Source: a virus (taxonomy: Duplodnaviria; Caudoviricetes). From it: 64,000 bases of DNA. Every line of letters begins with the position of its first letter. Position 1 is the first letter of the stretch. The notes below the pieces were generated by a model. It was not told where the DNA came from and did no database searches. It worked only from the letters and a program-made list of their open reading frames with translations. The position numbers were made by a program, and so were the translations under genes. The stretch lies in IMG/VR virus record IMGVR_UViG_3300021400_001148, positions 160,001 through 224,000 of that record, one strand, 5' to 3'. Below, piece after piece: positions 8,699 through 17,245 of this stretch.

Positions 8699-9643
8699 CT
8701 ATTCTAGGGCTGTGGGCGCATTCACATTCAGCGAATCAGGGTCATCCCGGCGTTCTTTAAGGTATGTGTCCCTGTATTTTTGATAGGCTTTCTCATCAAT
8801 TGCACGCCAATCAGTATCTGGAAACTCTTTGTATAATATCCTTCGAAAAGTTTTATTAAAGTTACTATCTTCAATCCACATTTTCGAGTATCGGACGGCA
8901 TTTCTCCGTTCAATATCGAGTTCCCATTTTGTTTTATTCAGTTCTTCTTGGAGTTCTTCATATGTTTTTTCATGCCCCCGGGCTGTCAATTCAAGAAGAA
9001 GCTTATTTTCCACTTCCTTAGTTTTTTTTTCGTTTTTTTTAGCCCTGTTTTTCCAAGTCACCATATTATAGTAAAACTTCTCCCCGAGATTCAGTTGTTC
9101 ATCGGAGTATTTTTCTTTATGGAGACAAGGAGCTTTTTTAACTACAACAATGCCGTCATATTCATTAACATATATAAGGCCTGCATAATCCGGAACTTCG
9201 TTTTCCCCTATCAGACCCGTTGGTACTGCATAGTAAAAATAATTAGGCCTTTTGTGATTGGTGGCCAGATAGTACGGGTTTTCATCTGCATATTTGTGAA
9301 AGCTTTCCCCCGCGCGCTTTATTGCCTCGTAATATCTCGGAAGGTACTTGTCACCATCAGGTTTGTTTTCAAGTATGATATGTTTATCTTTCTTGTGTTT
9401 GAAGTCGTTTTTGAAATCCGATTTGCTTATTTTAATTTCAAATTCGTAAATGTATCCACTTTTAGTTTCCAGTAATTTGTCACTTTCCCAATCAAACACA
9501 TAAAGACCATCTATGTTGTATTTAACAGAGTTAGGAGCAAAGAAACCGTTCAAAACATCTTGAATATACTCTTCGGTGTACTTGAATGGTTCCTTTTCCG
9601 TTTTTTTCTCCCACGGCTGTTGTCTCTTTCCTTGTGTTCCCAT
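8699..9643 (-). CDS. PD-(D/E)xK (MmcB-like) nuclease-fold protein with coiled-coil tail
   Basis: ESD, YEFEIKISKSDF, PNYFYYAVP, YAGLIY; start downstream of promoter at 9651. Confidence 0.6.
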   Translation of the reverse strand: MGTQGKRQQPWEKKTEKEPFKYTEEYIQDVLNGFFAPNSVKYNIDGLYVFDWESDKLLETKSGYIYEFEIKISKSDFKNDFKHKKDKHIILENKPDGDKYLPRYYEAIKRAGESFHKYADENPYYLATNHKRPNYFYYAVPTGLIGENEVPDYAGLIYVNEYDGIVVVKKAPCLHKEKYSDEQLNLGEKFYYNMVTWKNRAKKNEKKTKEVENKLLLELTARGHEKTYEELQEELNKTKWELDIERRNAVRYSKMWIEDSNFNKTFRRILYKEFPDTDWRAIDEKAYQKYRDTYLKERRDDPDSLNVNAPTALE

Positions 9644-9685
9644 AACTTTGCAAATATACAAAAATCCCCAGAAACACCGGGGATA

Positions 9686-10705
9686 TTATCTTGCAACCGT
9701 AGCGTATTTCTTTATCTTGGCCAAGGCATTTTTCTCAACCTGTTTAACCCTCATTGGGCCAAGGTTAAATATTTCGCCAATTTCTTCAACGGGCACTGGC
9801 GCATCATACCCAATACCATAGAGCATTTTTAGTATTGTCCGGTCGCGTTCTGTGCAGACAGAAAGCAGTGTTTCAAGTCTTTCTGCCATGGCTTCCCTCT
9901 CCACCTCTTCTTCATAGTCATTATAAGAAGCGGTGGTAGCGTCAAACTCAAGTTGTGCGGGTGTTGGTTGATTATCATCACCACTCATCATCTCGTTTAT
10001 TGACGAGAAGTTGAGGTCCGATACATCAGAAGTGTTTTTTACTTTGAAGCCGAACATTTTTTCAACCATTTCCACAAGTTCGTCATTGTACGGTTCACGG
10101 CCGTTCTCTTGAATAAATTTGGCTTTTGCCTTCGGGAGCATAGTTATGAGTTTCTGTTTGTTGGCGGTTTTCACCATTTTGGAGTGGTTCGTTATATAAA
10201 ATCCCATATTTCTCCTTATGTACCACACAGCAAAAGTGAGGAACCTCGTCCCCTTCGTCGGGTCAAATTTATCAATAGCCTCAATAAGGCCAATGTTTCC
10301 CTCGTCCACGAGGTCAAGGACATTTGCCTGTGAGCCCATTTTCTTGGCAATGGAGAAAACAAACTTCTGGTTGCACTCAACTATTTTCTTCCTTGCAGAC
10401 TCGACCCTGCTGTCATTTTTAGCAATCTTCTTGTTGAGTTCATCAATCTTTCCAAGATTTTCCGCCTTGGTACGTTGAAGTTCAGCAATCTGTTTTTCAA
10501 TCTCAATGTTCTTATTAAGAATTTCAGACTTTTCAGAAGCATATCTCTCGGAGTCATTGTTCTTAATAACGCCGAAAAGTTCTATCTCCTCTTCCGGAGA
10601 AAGGGTTTCAATTCCACGGATTTCATTGAGAAAGGTTGAAATGTCCTCTGTTCTCTGTGTCGGCCTGATGATGCCGGATTCTTTACCTACTCTAACAACT
10701 GTCAT
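9686..10705 (-). CDS. sigma70-family RNA polymerase sigma factor
   Basis: region 2 NQKFVFSIAK, DLVDEGNIGLIEAIDKFDPTKGTRFLTFAVWYIR; region 4 EEIGEIFNLGPMRVKQVEKNALAKI. Confidence 0.92.
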   Translation of the reverse strand: MTVVRVGKESGIIRPTQRTEDISTFLNEIRGIETLSPEEEIELFGVIKNNDSERYASEKSEILNKNIEIEKQIAELQRTKAENLGKIDELNKKIAKNDSRVESARKKIVECNQKFVFSIAKKMGSQANVLDLVDEGNIGLIEAIDKFDPTKGTRFLTFAVWYIRRNMGFYITNHSKMVKTANKQKLITMLPKAKAKFIQENGREPYNDELVEMVEKMFGFKVKNTSDVSDLNFSSINEMMSGDDNQPTPAQLEFDATTASYNDYEEEVEREAMAERLETLLSVCTERDRTILKMLYGIGYDAPVPVEEIGEIFNLGPMRVKQVEKNALAKIKKYATVAR

Positions 10706-10759
10706 ACTTTTTACTTTAATGCTGGCAAATATACAACAATTTTTTTAAAAAATAATGTA

Positions 10760-10767
10760 TATTTATA
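10760..10767 (+). promoter_or_regulatory. putative phage late promoter TATTTAT(A); also at 15223(+), 15218(-), 17179(+), 37584(-), 40127(+), 42453(-), 48155(+), 50677(+), 54210(+), 55922(-), 57186(+), 58662(+), 60273(+)
   Basis: Same sense-strand motif upstream of structural and leader-motif genes on both strands. Confidence 0.65.
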
Positions 10768-10785
10768 TGAAAAACGTTTTTTAAT

Positions 10786-11250
10786 ATGAAAAATCTTGAT
10801 TTGGCAATTCGTAAAGCTTTACGCGAATCGATAGAAGAACTGTCAAGGGAGTGGGAGCCTAAGTTCGCTACCGGTAACGGTCCTGTTGGTGATGATGCCC
10901 CCTTTGAAAAGGAAGTCAATGAAAGCGAATGTGTCTGCCCTAAGTGTGGTAAGAAAGAGTGCATCTGCAAGGAGAGTGCTGAAACACCTGTTGAAGATGC
11001 CATCAACCCAACTCCTAACACTGACATTGAGGCCGAAAACACTGTTGCTGAGGAACCTGCAGCCGCTGGTCTTCCCGTAACTACCGATTGGGACCTCGCC
11101 CCTGAATCCGGTGCTTCCGAAGTTGGTGACGGTGACCCATTTGGTCTTAACCAAGAAGATACTCTCAGTGAAGACGAGTCTGCTATGCTACAGGAAGAAA
11201 ACAATCGTTTCCACAGCATTCTTGACAGAATCTCCAAACTTTACGATTAA
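10786..11250 (+). CDS. acidic late protein, probably virion-associated
   Basis: TATTTATA promoter, IRKALRES motif, GDDAPFEK/GDGDPF motifs, own terminator. Confidence 0.6.
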   Translation: MKNLDLAIRKALRESIEELSREWEPKFATGNGPVGDDAPFEKEVNESECVCPKCGKKECICKESAETPVEDAINPTPNTDIEAENTVAEEPAAAGLPVTTDWDLAPESGASEVGDGDPFGLNQEDTLSEDESAMLQEENNRFHSILDRISKLYD

Positions 11251-11255
11251 ACAGC

Positions 11256-11283
11256 AACCTCGGTTATCCGAGGTTTTTTTTTA
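11256..11283. terminator. intrinsic terminator
   Basis: aacctcgg-ttat-ccgaggtt followed by a T run, between convergent genes. Confidence 0.75.
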
Positions 11284-11649
11284 TTCCTCAACCTTTTCCC
11301 AATTAAGCTGGTAATCAATGCATTTGTATACCCCCGGGGTTAAGCCACCCTTAAAAGAAAACTGATGTACAAGACTTTCTATGTAAAGAAGGTTGGCTTT
11401 GAACCAATCGTAGAGACTTAACATGTACTTTTCCTTGTCTTCAGAATATCTCCTTCCAGTATAGTCCTCCTCTGTGCCTTGAATCTGTTCGTCGTAGAAG
11501 CCCAAAATTAGAGCCATGTCCTCAAAAAGGTAGGAACCACCCCAAAGAGAATTTACATTATAAACCACATTGTCCTTATCGTCCCTTGTTGGATTCAAAC
11601 CCTGTATGAGTTTGATGTGGTCTTCGGTGATTTTAACTTTTACAATCAT
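11281..11649 (-). CDS. hypothetical protein
   Basis: 122 aa ORF overlapping the dnaJ stop. Confidence 0.6.
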   Translation of the reverse strand: MIVKVKITEDHIKLIQGLNPTRDDKDNVVYNVNSLWGGSYLFEDMALILGFYDEQIQGTEEDYTGRRYSEDKEKYMLSLYDWFKANLLYIESLVHQFSFKGGLTPGVYKCIDYQLNWEKVEE

Positions 11650-12722
11650 TTTATTGTCTTTTTAAAGTTATTTAGTAAATCTTTCTGTTCAGCGGTAAGT
11701 TTCTTCACGCCTTGAGTATAGTTAACAACTATTTTGAAGTCTGCCTGACTACTTATACCCTCTCCGCGGAAAATTCTTTCATAACCATTAACCGTATTTT
11801 CGGGTATTTTTATCTTTTCCTTCTTACCGCTCGGCAAAACCACCTCTTTTTCGCAACCAAGCATTGCATCATAGAAAGGGACATCCAGTTTATACTCAAT
11901 CCCGCCACGGTTATCAGTCAATGCATAGCCCTGAGGCAAGTAAAGAGTGAAGTGCAATATGAGGTCTCCTCTGACACCAGTCCCACCACTTGGGTAGCCA
12001 CCGTGACCACTGACAGCAAGGTCTCCAACAAAAATAATGCCAGCAGGTATATCAACCGGGGTACTCTCTTTTGATGGTTTTTTGTCAAAACCAGTTCCCC
12101 CACAACTTGGACAGGGGTTAATGATATGTTTTCCAGTTCCACCGCAGTGAGGGCAAGGTGTCCTTGTTGTCCATTGCATAAAGCCCTGATTGACCGTCTT
12201 TGACATGAAACCCGTGCCGCCGCAATGAGGACAGTTTTCTACTCGTCCGTCAGTTCCGAGGCCTGTTCCATTACAATGCCCACAAGGTTTCTGCACATCA
12301 TATTCTATGATTTTTCCCTTGGCGCCGTTTATAACCTCTTCCATTGTAAGGCTGACTTCAACAACGATGTTTGGGCCTTTATTAATTGTTTGTTGCCTTC
12401 TTCGTTTGAACGGATTTCCGCCAAAATTTCTCCAAAAGGCCTCTTCCATATCATCGTAGCCATCTTCACCCCAGTCAGTGTTCACACCAGAATTATCAAG
12501 GCCCATGTCATATGCAGACCTTTTGTCTTTGTCAGAGAGAACGCTATAAGCCTCATTCAGCTCTTTAAATTTGGTCTCTGCATTCTTTTTCTCTTCCTCA
12601 CTTGCATTAACCCATCTGTCCGGGTGCCATTTCAGTGCCAGTGTACGGAATTTTTTTTGAATTTCTTCAGTGGTGGCGTTTTCATTTACACCAAGAAGTT
12701 TATAATAACCTTTATTGTCCAT
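11646..12722 (-). CDS. dnaJ: molecular chaperone DnaJ
   Basis: J domain with HPD, four CxxCxGxG repeats, C-terminal domain; start MDNKGYY. Confidence 0.93.
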   Translation of the reverse strand: MDNKGYYKLLGVNENATTEEIQKKFRTLALKWHPDRWVNASEEEKKNAETKFKELNEAYSVLSDKDKRSAYDMGLDNSGVNTDWGEDGYDDMEEAFWRNFGGNPFKRRRQQTINKGPNIVVEVSLTMEEVINGAKGKIIEYDVQKPCGHCNGTGLGTDGRVENCPHCGGTGFMSKTVNQGFMQWTTRTPCPHCGGTGKHIINPCPSCGGTGFDKKPSKESTPVDIPAGIIFVGDLAVSGHGGYPSGGTGVRGDLILHFTLYLPQGYALTDNRGGIEYKLDVPFYDAMLGCEKEVVLPSGKKEKIKIPENTVNGYERIFRGEGISSQADFKIVVNYTQGVKKLTAEQKDLLNNFKKTIK

Positions 12723-12807
12723 TTCTTTCTTTTTCTGTGTGCAAATATACAAAAAAAGTGCCGAAGGCATAAGCCTCCGGCGCAAAAATGGAATTTGATT
12801 TCACTTG

Positions 12808-13407
12808 TTATTTCTCAGCCTTCTTTTTCAATGTAAGCTTTGCTTCAAAAACATTACCCTTAAGGTCGACGAATGTTAAAACCCCACCGGATTTTATTTT
12901 CATTCCGCCAAGCACACCCTCATTAAGGGTAACCTTTTTCATCTCTTCGAGGTTGGACTTGATGCTTTCATCTATGAGATATTTGATGTAGTTGTAATCA
13001 ACTGCCATCGCCGGTGTGGAAAAACTAGTACTAGGGGTTTGTTCATTTATCCGCCTCGTAGCAGGACGGGCAACCGGAGTCCTTCTTTCAAGTTCTTCAT
13101 AATTCTCCAATGTATCAAGCACCGAACCACCGGCCCCGGGGGCTGCAGACATATCAATCGGATTACTTATCATCGCCTCCAGTATTTCTTTCGGAAGATT
13201 GGTGTTAATCTGTGATTCATCCAAACCCGAATAAGCCATTGGGTCCACGCCTTGCCTGTATCTTGGTTGGGAATCAATGACAGGTGTTGTGTTGTAGGAT
13301 TCTTCTGTTATAGTGCCCCTTTTTGCAGCAACAGCCGCATTGAAATTGTCGTCATTCATCAATCGTTGGGCATTAGCCAGAGCCCTGCCCACTATTCTAT
13401 GGTCCAT
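12808..13407 (-). CDS. hypothetical protein
   Basis: 199 aa ORF coupled to the upstream gene; hairpin at 12760-12781 downstream. Confidence 0.65.
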   Translation of the reverse strand: MDHRIVGRALANAQRLMNDDNFNAAVAAKRGTITEESYNTTPVIDSQPRYRQGVDPMAYSGLDESQINTNLPKEILEAMISNPIDMSAAPGAGGSVLDTLENYEELERRTPVARPATRRINEQTPSTSFSTPAMAVDYNYIKYLIDESIKSNLEEMKKVTLNEGVLGGMKIKSGGVLTFVDLKGNVFEAKLTLKKKAEK

Positions 13408-14078
13408 TATATTTCTTCTTCTGTTTCTTTATTGTTATCCGGGCCGTACTCATAGTCGTTCAACGCCTGTGACACATAGTCCTCATCTGAAAGTTTATTT
13501 CTCAGTCTCTCATTGTCGGGCTTCTCGCCATTAGCTGCCTTTACATCGTCTTTTGTTACTGGTCCCGTTGGCTTTTGTCCGGTAGCCGGGTTTTCCTGTG
13601 GGGTTGGGACAGTATTGCCCTTATTTTGGGAAACATCATTTTTGGTCACCGGCCCTAGAACAGTCTTTTCCTTTTTACCCCTTCCGAAACTCGCAATATT
13701 GAAAACATCCTCCATAGTTTCATCCCCATTTGGGTTGAACTTACCAAGGATTACTTCCTTACTGGTTCCGGGAGGCTGGCTAAATATGTGTAATTTCAAG
13801 GTTTTCCAATCAACAATCCTGTCAAGGCGGAAAAATTTCCATGCGGTACCTTTTGTTGTAGAATCCCCGTAAGGTTGAAACGCTCTCACAACAGGGTTTC
13901 CGGATTTTGTAGTCCCATACGCCACTGGCTGTATGAGCCTTTGGTCGGTATGTTCGTCTTCACCATCGGTTTTATACTTAATAATAGCCTCATAGTGATG
14001 ATTTATAGCATCATTCACGGTGCTTACATCAACACTTTCCTTAAGGATATCCTTAACTATATCACCAAACAACGACAT
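13407..14078 (-). CDS. WYL-like domain protein with short leader motif
   Basis: RLIQPVAYG...RAFQ...WKFFRLDRI; N-terminal IVKDILKES. Confidence 0.65.
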   Translation of the reverse strand: MSLFGDIVKDILKESVDVSTVNDAINHHYEAIIKYKTDGEDEHTDQRLIQPVAYGTTKSGNPVVRAFQPYGDSTTKGTAWKFFRLDRIVDWKTLKLHIFSQPPGTSKEVILGKFNPNGDETMEDVFNIASFGRGKKEKTVLGPVTKNDVSQNKGNTVPTPQENPATGQKPTGPVTKDDVKAANGEKPDNERLRNKLSDEDYVSQALNDYEYGPDNNKETEEEI

Positions 14079-14461
14079 TATTTTACAAAATACTGTCCGT
14101 CTTTAATATTGAGGCTCGTGTCAACGCTGGTATCACCGTAAGGATGCTCCTCGTTGTACTTGCTGATAGCAGCCAAATATTCACGGCCACCAATTCCATT
14201 TCTACCTTTGATGTCGTAAAGCCCGCCACCATGTTGTGTATCCAACTGATGATAATTATATCCAGTAATAACTGATTTGTCATCACTTGGAATAACATGT
14301 GTGTGCCCACCGTGACGAGTACCCTTACCAAGGGGGTCGCCGTCACTTATAGCATCCTTATGAGTCTCTTTGTACTCGTCATTCCTTGTATAGTCATTCC
14401 TTACTTCGAGCTCTTGTCTTTTCTCGAAACCGGTTTTCTCAAGGTTACTCTGTTTTGCCAT
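14078..14461 (-). CDS. hypothetical protein
   Basis: 127 aa ORF, stop overlaps next start. Confidence 0.65.
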   Translation of the reverse strand: MAKQSNLEKTGFEKRQELEVRNDYTRNDEYKETHKDAISDGDPLGKGTRHGGHTHVIPSDDKSVITGYNYHQLDTQHGGGLYDIKGRNGIGGREYLAAISKYNEEHPYGDTSVDTSLNIKDGQYFVK

Positions 14462-14503
14462 ATTCGTTTATAATTTATATTCTTTATTTCTTTTTTTCAA
14501 GGG

Positions 14504-15196
14504 TTATTCCCCATAATAATTAGTGCTTGTCTTGGGTGTATGAGCCATTCCATTACCGGAACCCTTGGTGTGAGGAGATATGAAGGCATTTGTGTCTCCA
14601 GCCTGACTTTTGGTTTCTTTGTAAGATTTGTCAATAATCTGGTCACTTTTCACTTTCCTGTCAAGTTCCCGTTTTAAATCGTCACCACCCAAGGTCTGAT
14701 ATTCTTCAGGCGTTATTTTCCCGCTTTCCATATCACTTAAAAGGTTTGAGGCGTAGTTGTTTGTATATCCGCTCAAAAGATGTTCAATCCTTTTGCTTCC
14801 CACAACTCTGTCGCCACTTGCGTTGTAATTCGCCTTAAGTTTTTGTGCCAATGGCCCGGAGATTTTGTGTCTCCTTGTCATATTAGCGGTACTTACTTCA
14901 TTAACTGGATTTTTTTTTTCAACAGATTCCATTGTATATCCACCCCTGGCAGGCATCACACCCCTGTCACTGTACATATTTCTTGGGACAATGGATTTTG
15001 CAATGGTGTCAGTGGTTACAGGCTTGCCGTCGGGAAGAGGGTTTAATCCAACCTCGTACCCCAAGTCTTTAACATTACCGTCAGATGTAGAGTCATCAAG
15101 ATATTGCCCGTCAAGAATTTCATCTACATTTTCCTTGACGGTGTTCGCTATCAGTTGATTGAACTGTTCTTCCGTTATTCGTATTTTTCGGTTCAT
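14504..15196 (-). CDS. leader-motif late protein
   Basis: starts MNRKIRITEEQFNQLIANTVKE just downstream of the TATTTAT element. Confidence 0.65.
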   Translation of the reverse strand: MNRKIRITEEQFNQLIANTVKENVDEILDGQYLDDSTSDGNVKDLGYEVGLNPLPDGKPVTTDTIAKSIVPRNMYSDRGVMPARGGYTMESVEKKNPVNEVSTANMTRRHKISGPLAQKLKANYNASGDRVVGSKRIEHLLSGYTNNYASNLLSDMESGKITPEEYQTLGGDDLKRELDRKVKSDQIIDKSYKETKSQAGDTNAFISPHTKGSGNGMAHTPKTSTNYYGE

Positions 15197-15251
15197 TGTG
15201 TACTCAAACCATTTACCATAAATATTTATTGGTAAGAAAAAACACGCTCTG

Positions 15252-17147
15252 ATGGCAAATATCAAGATTAACAATACACGAAAACTGAGCCTGAAATTAC
15301 GAAACGACCAGTATTGGGACTTCATGCTTTTCAAAGATGAAGCCTACGGGCGTGGCAGTGAGTTTTTCGATGATGAGAATATGGGGTGCCTTGCGTCATT
15401 CATTTCGTCCAACGATGATGAATGCGTAAAATATTTTGATAATGGAAAAGTTTTCTCCAACAAATCATGGGACGGTGCGATAAATGAACCGGAAGATGAT
15501 GATGAAAAGGGCTTGATTCTGAAAAATATTGGCTTCACTGGAGTGGATAACGGTCTTGTTTTTTACGATAAAAACATAACATCTAACCTGCAGTTTTTCA
15601 ACTATTACACAAGGAGTCATTTTGACACTTTGGGGGAAACTCGTTTAAACCTGTCTGTTGTAAGGTCAAATACCGGGGAACATTGGTATCCAGTACATCT
15701 TGTTGGTGAAGAAGCCGAAAAGTATTTTGAATTTAAGGGTGGATTCCTTCAGGGCTTTTTTAAAACATACGGCCACAAGTACCAGACACTTCCTGATTAT
15801 ATAGAAAGTGACTGGTGCCTTAATTTTTCTCTGAGGCCAAGAAAAGAATACGAAGTGGACGAACACACTTTAAATTACGAGCATCCGGAGAATAATGGCA
15901 TATTCTTCTATCTTGGAACTCGTGCGGAAAACAAGTTTTGGGAACAATTCGCCAGTGAGCAAGAAAAAGAAAAACTTAAACGGTATTTCATTGAAGGTGG
16001 TTACAATGAAGTTCAAGAAGATGTAAAGGATTATAATGGTGACAATCTTCCGTATGAATTCGATGAAGAATACCATGTACAGGCTGATGATTCTTGCCCC
16101 ACAACGCCGCAGGACTGGATATCCCCGGGGGTTATAACGCTCGACGAGGAAATCCAGTATGTTTCCGGTGTGATTCTCAAAGATTGTTGTGAAATGGATG
16201 TTCCCGTCGAACCGGATTACTACTCTGAGATTGTTTGTGGCGACGAAACTAATCCTTGGATTGAAGCGGGTTACTTCATCAAAGATATTTCTCTCGACGA
16301 CATTGATATTGAAACTCTTGGTGGTTACTCCTTGGATAAGAACACAAGTTCTGCTTATGAAATTACAAGCAACAATAAGTACCTTCTCTTTAACCAGACC
16401 TGTAGTGGGTACACCGTGCCGAAGTGGGAGAAAGACGACGGGGAGAACAAAACTTTTGTTTTCATCACGGAGAAGAAAAAAATTCCCAACTACTATCTTC
16501 TTTTCAACCAAACCCGCACTGGATACACGGTCAACACGATTGACGACTATTATGAAGAGAATTTGGATGAATATGACATTTATCGCGACCTCTATAGGAA
16601 CGCTTTCTGTCTTAAAGCCAACGAGGATGGGTCAATATCTTATCGGTACCTCCTTAAAAACTGTGGTGAGGGTAGCGACTATTATGAGTACCCCGGGGAA
16701 ATCTTGGATGAGAAATTAAAGGTTATTGAAGAAACCACATCTCCCGGACTTTTGGTTGATGGTGAATGGAACAGCGTTACGGTCCGTTTCTCCATATTAG
16801 GCGGAACAGGTTTGGATAAATGCAGTACAACAATAGGCAAACGCCTTATGCAGATTTACATATATGTTGGCGGCTATTTGAAGTTCATCAGTAAACCTCT
16901 GCCAGAGATAAGACTTCGTCCTCTCAATGATGTTGCGGATAAACAGGAAGGTGTGCCATATAACATTTCAATTGGTGGTGGCACTCAGGGCTTGGCAGAC
17001 ACCGTCTCTCTCGATTTTATGAGCCATACTGATTACACCCTGCCGCTGGAAAAGGTTTTCGGAGGGTCGTTTATGGGTGATGTCAGGCTGTTTAGATTTT
17101 ACGATTGTGCACTGGATTTAACTGCAATTAGGTCATTCAAAAAATAG
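15252..17147 (+). CDS. putative structural protein, LamG/ConA-like C-terminus
   Basis: 631 aa, late promoter, C-terminal ISIGGG...SFMGDVRLFRFYD..L. Confidence 0.6.
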   Translation: MANIKINNTRKLSLKLRNDQYWDFMLFKDEAYGRGSEFFDDENMGCLASFISSNDDECVKYFDNGKVFSNKSWDGAINEPEDDDEKGLILKNIGFTGVDNGLVFYDKNITSNLQFFNYYTRSHFDTLGETRLNLSVVRSNTGEHWYPVHLVGEEAEKYFEFKGGFLQGFFKTYGHKYQTLPDYIESDWCLNFSLRPRKEYEVDEHTLNYEHPENNGIFFYLGTRAENKFWEQFASEQEKEKLKRYFIEGGYNEVQEDVKDYNGDNLPYEFDEEYHVQADDSCPTTPQDWISPGVITLDEEIQYVSGVILKDCCEMDVPVEPDYYSEIVCGDETNPWIEAGYFIKDISLDDIDIETLGGYSLDKNTSSAYEITSNNKYLLFNQTCSGYTVPKWEKDDGENKTFVFITEKKKIPNYYLLFNQTRTGYTVNTIDDYYEENLDEYDIYRDLYRNAFCLKANEDGSISYRYLLKNCGEGSDYYEYPGEILDEKLKVIEETTSPGLLVDGEWNSVTVRFSILGGTGLDKCSTTIGKRLMQIYIYVGGYLKFISKPLPEIRLRPLNDVADKQEGVPYNISIGGGTQGLADTVSLDFMSHTDYTLPLEKVFGGSFMGDVRLFRFYDCALDLTAIRSFKK

Positions 17148-17245
17148 TATGGATGGCCTATTTTTAATGGTTGACTGCTATTTATGTTTAACGGACGAGA
17201 AGGTCCAGCATTTACATCAAAAAGAGAAAAGAAAACAGAAGTCGT

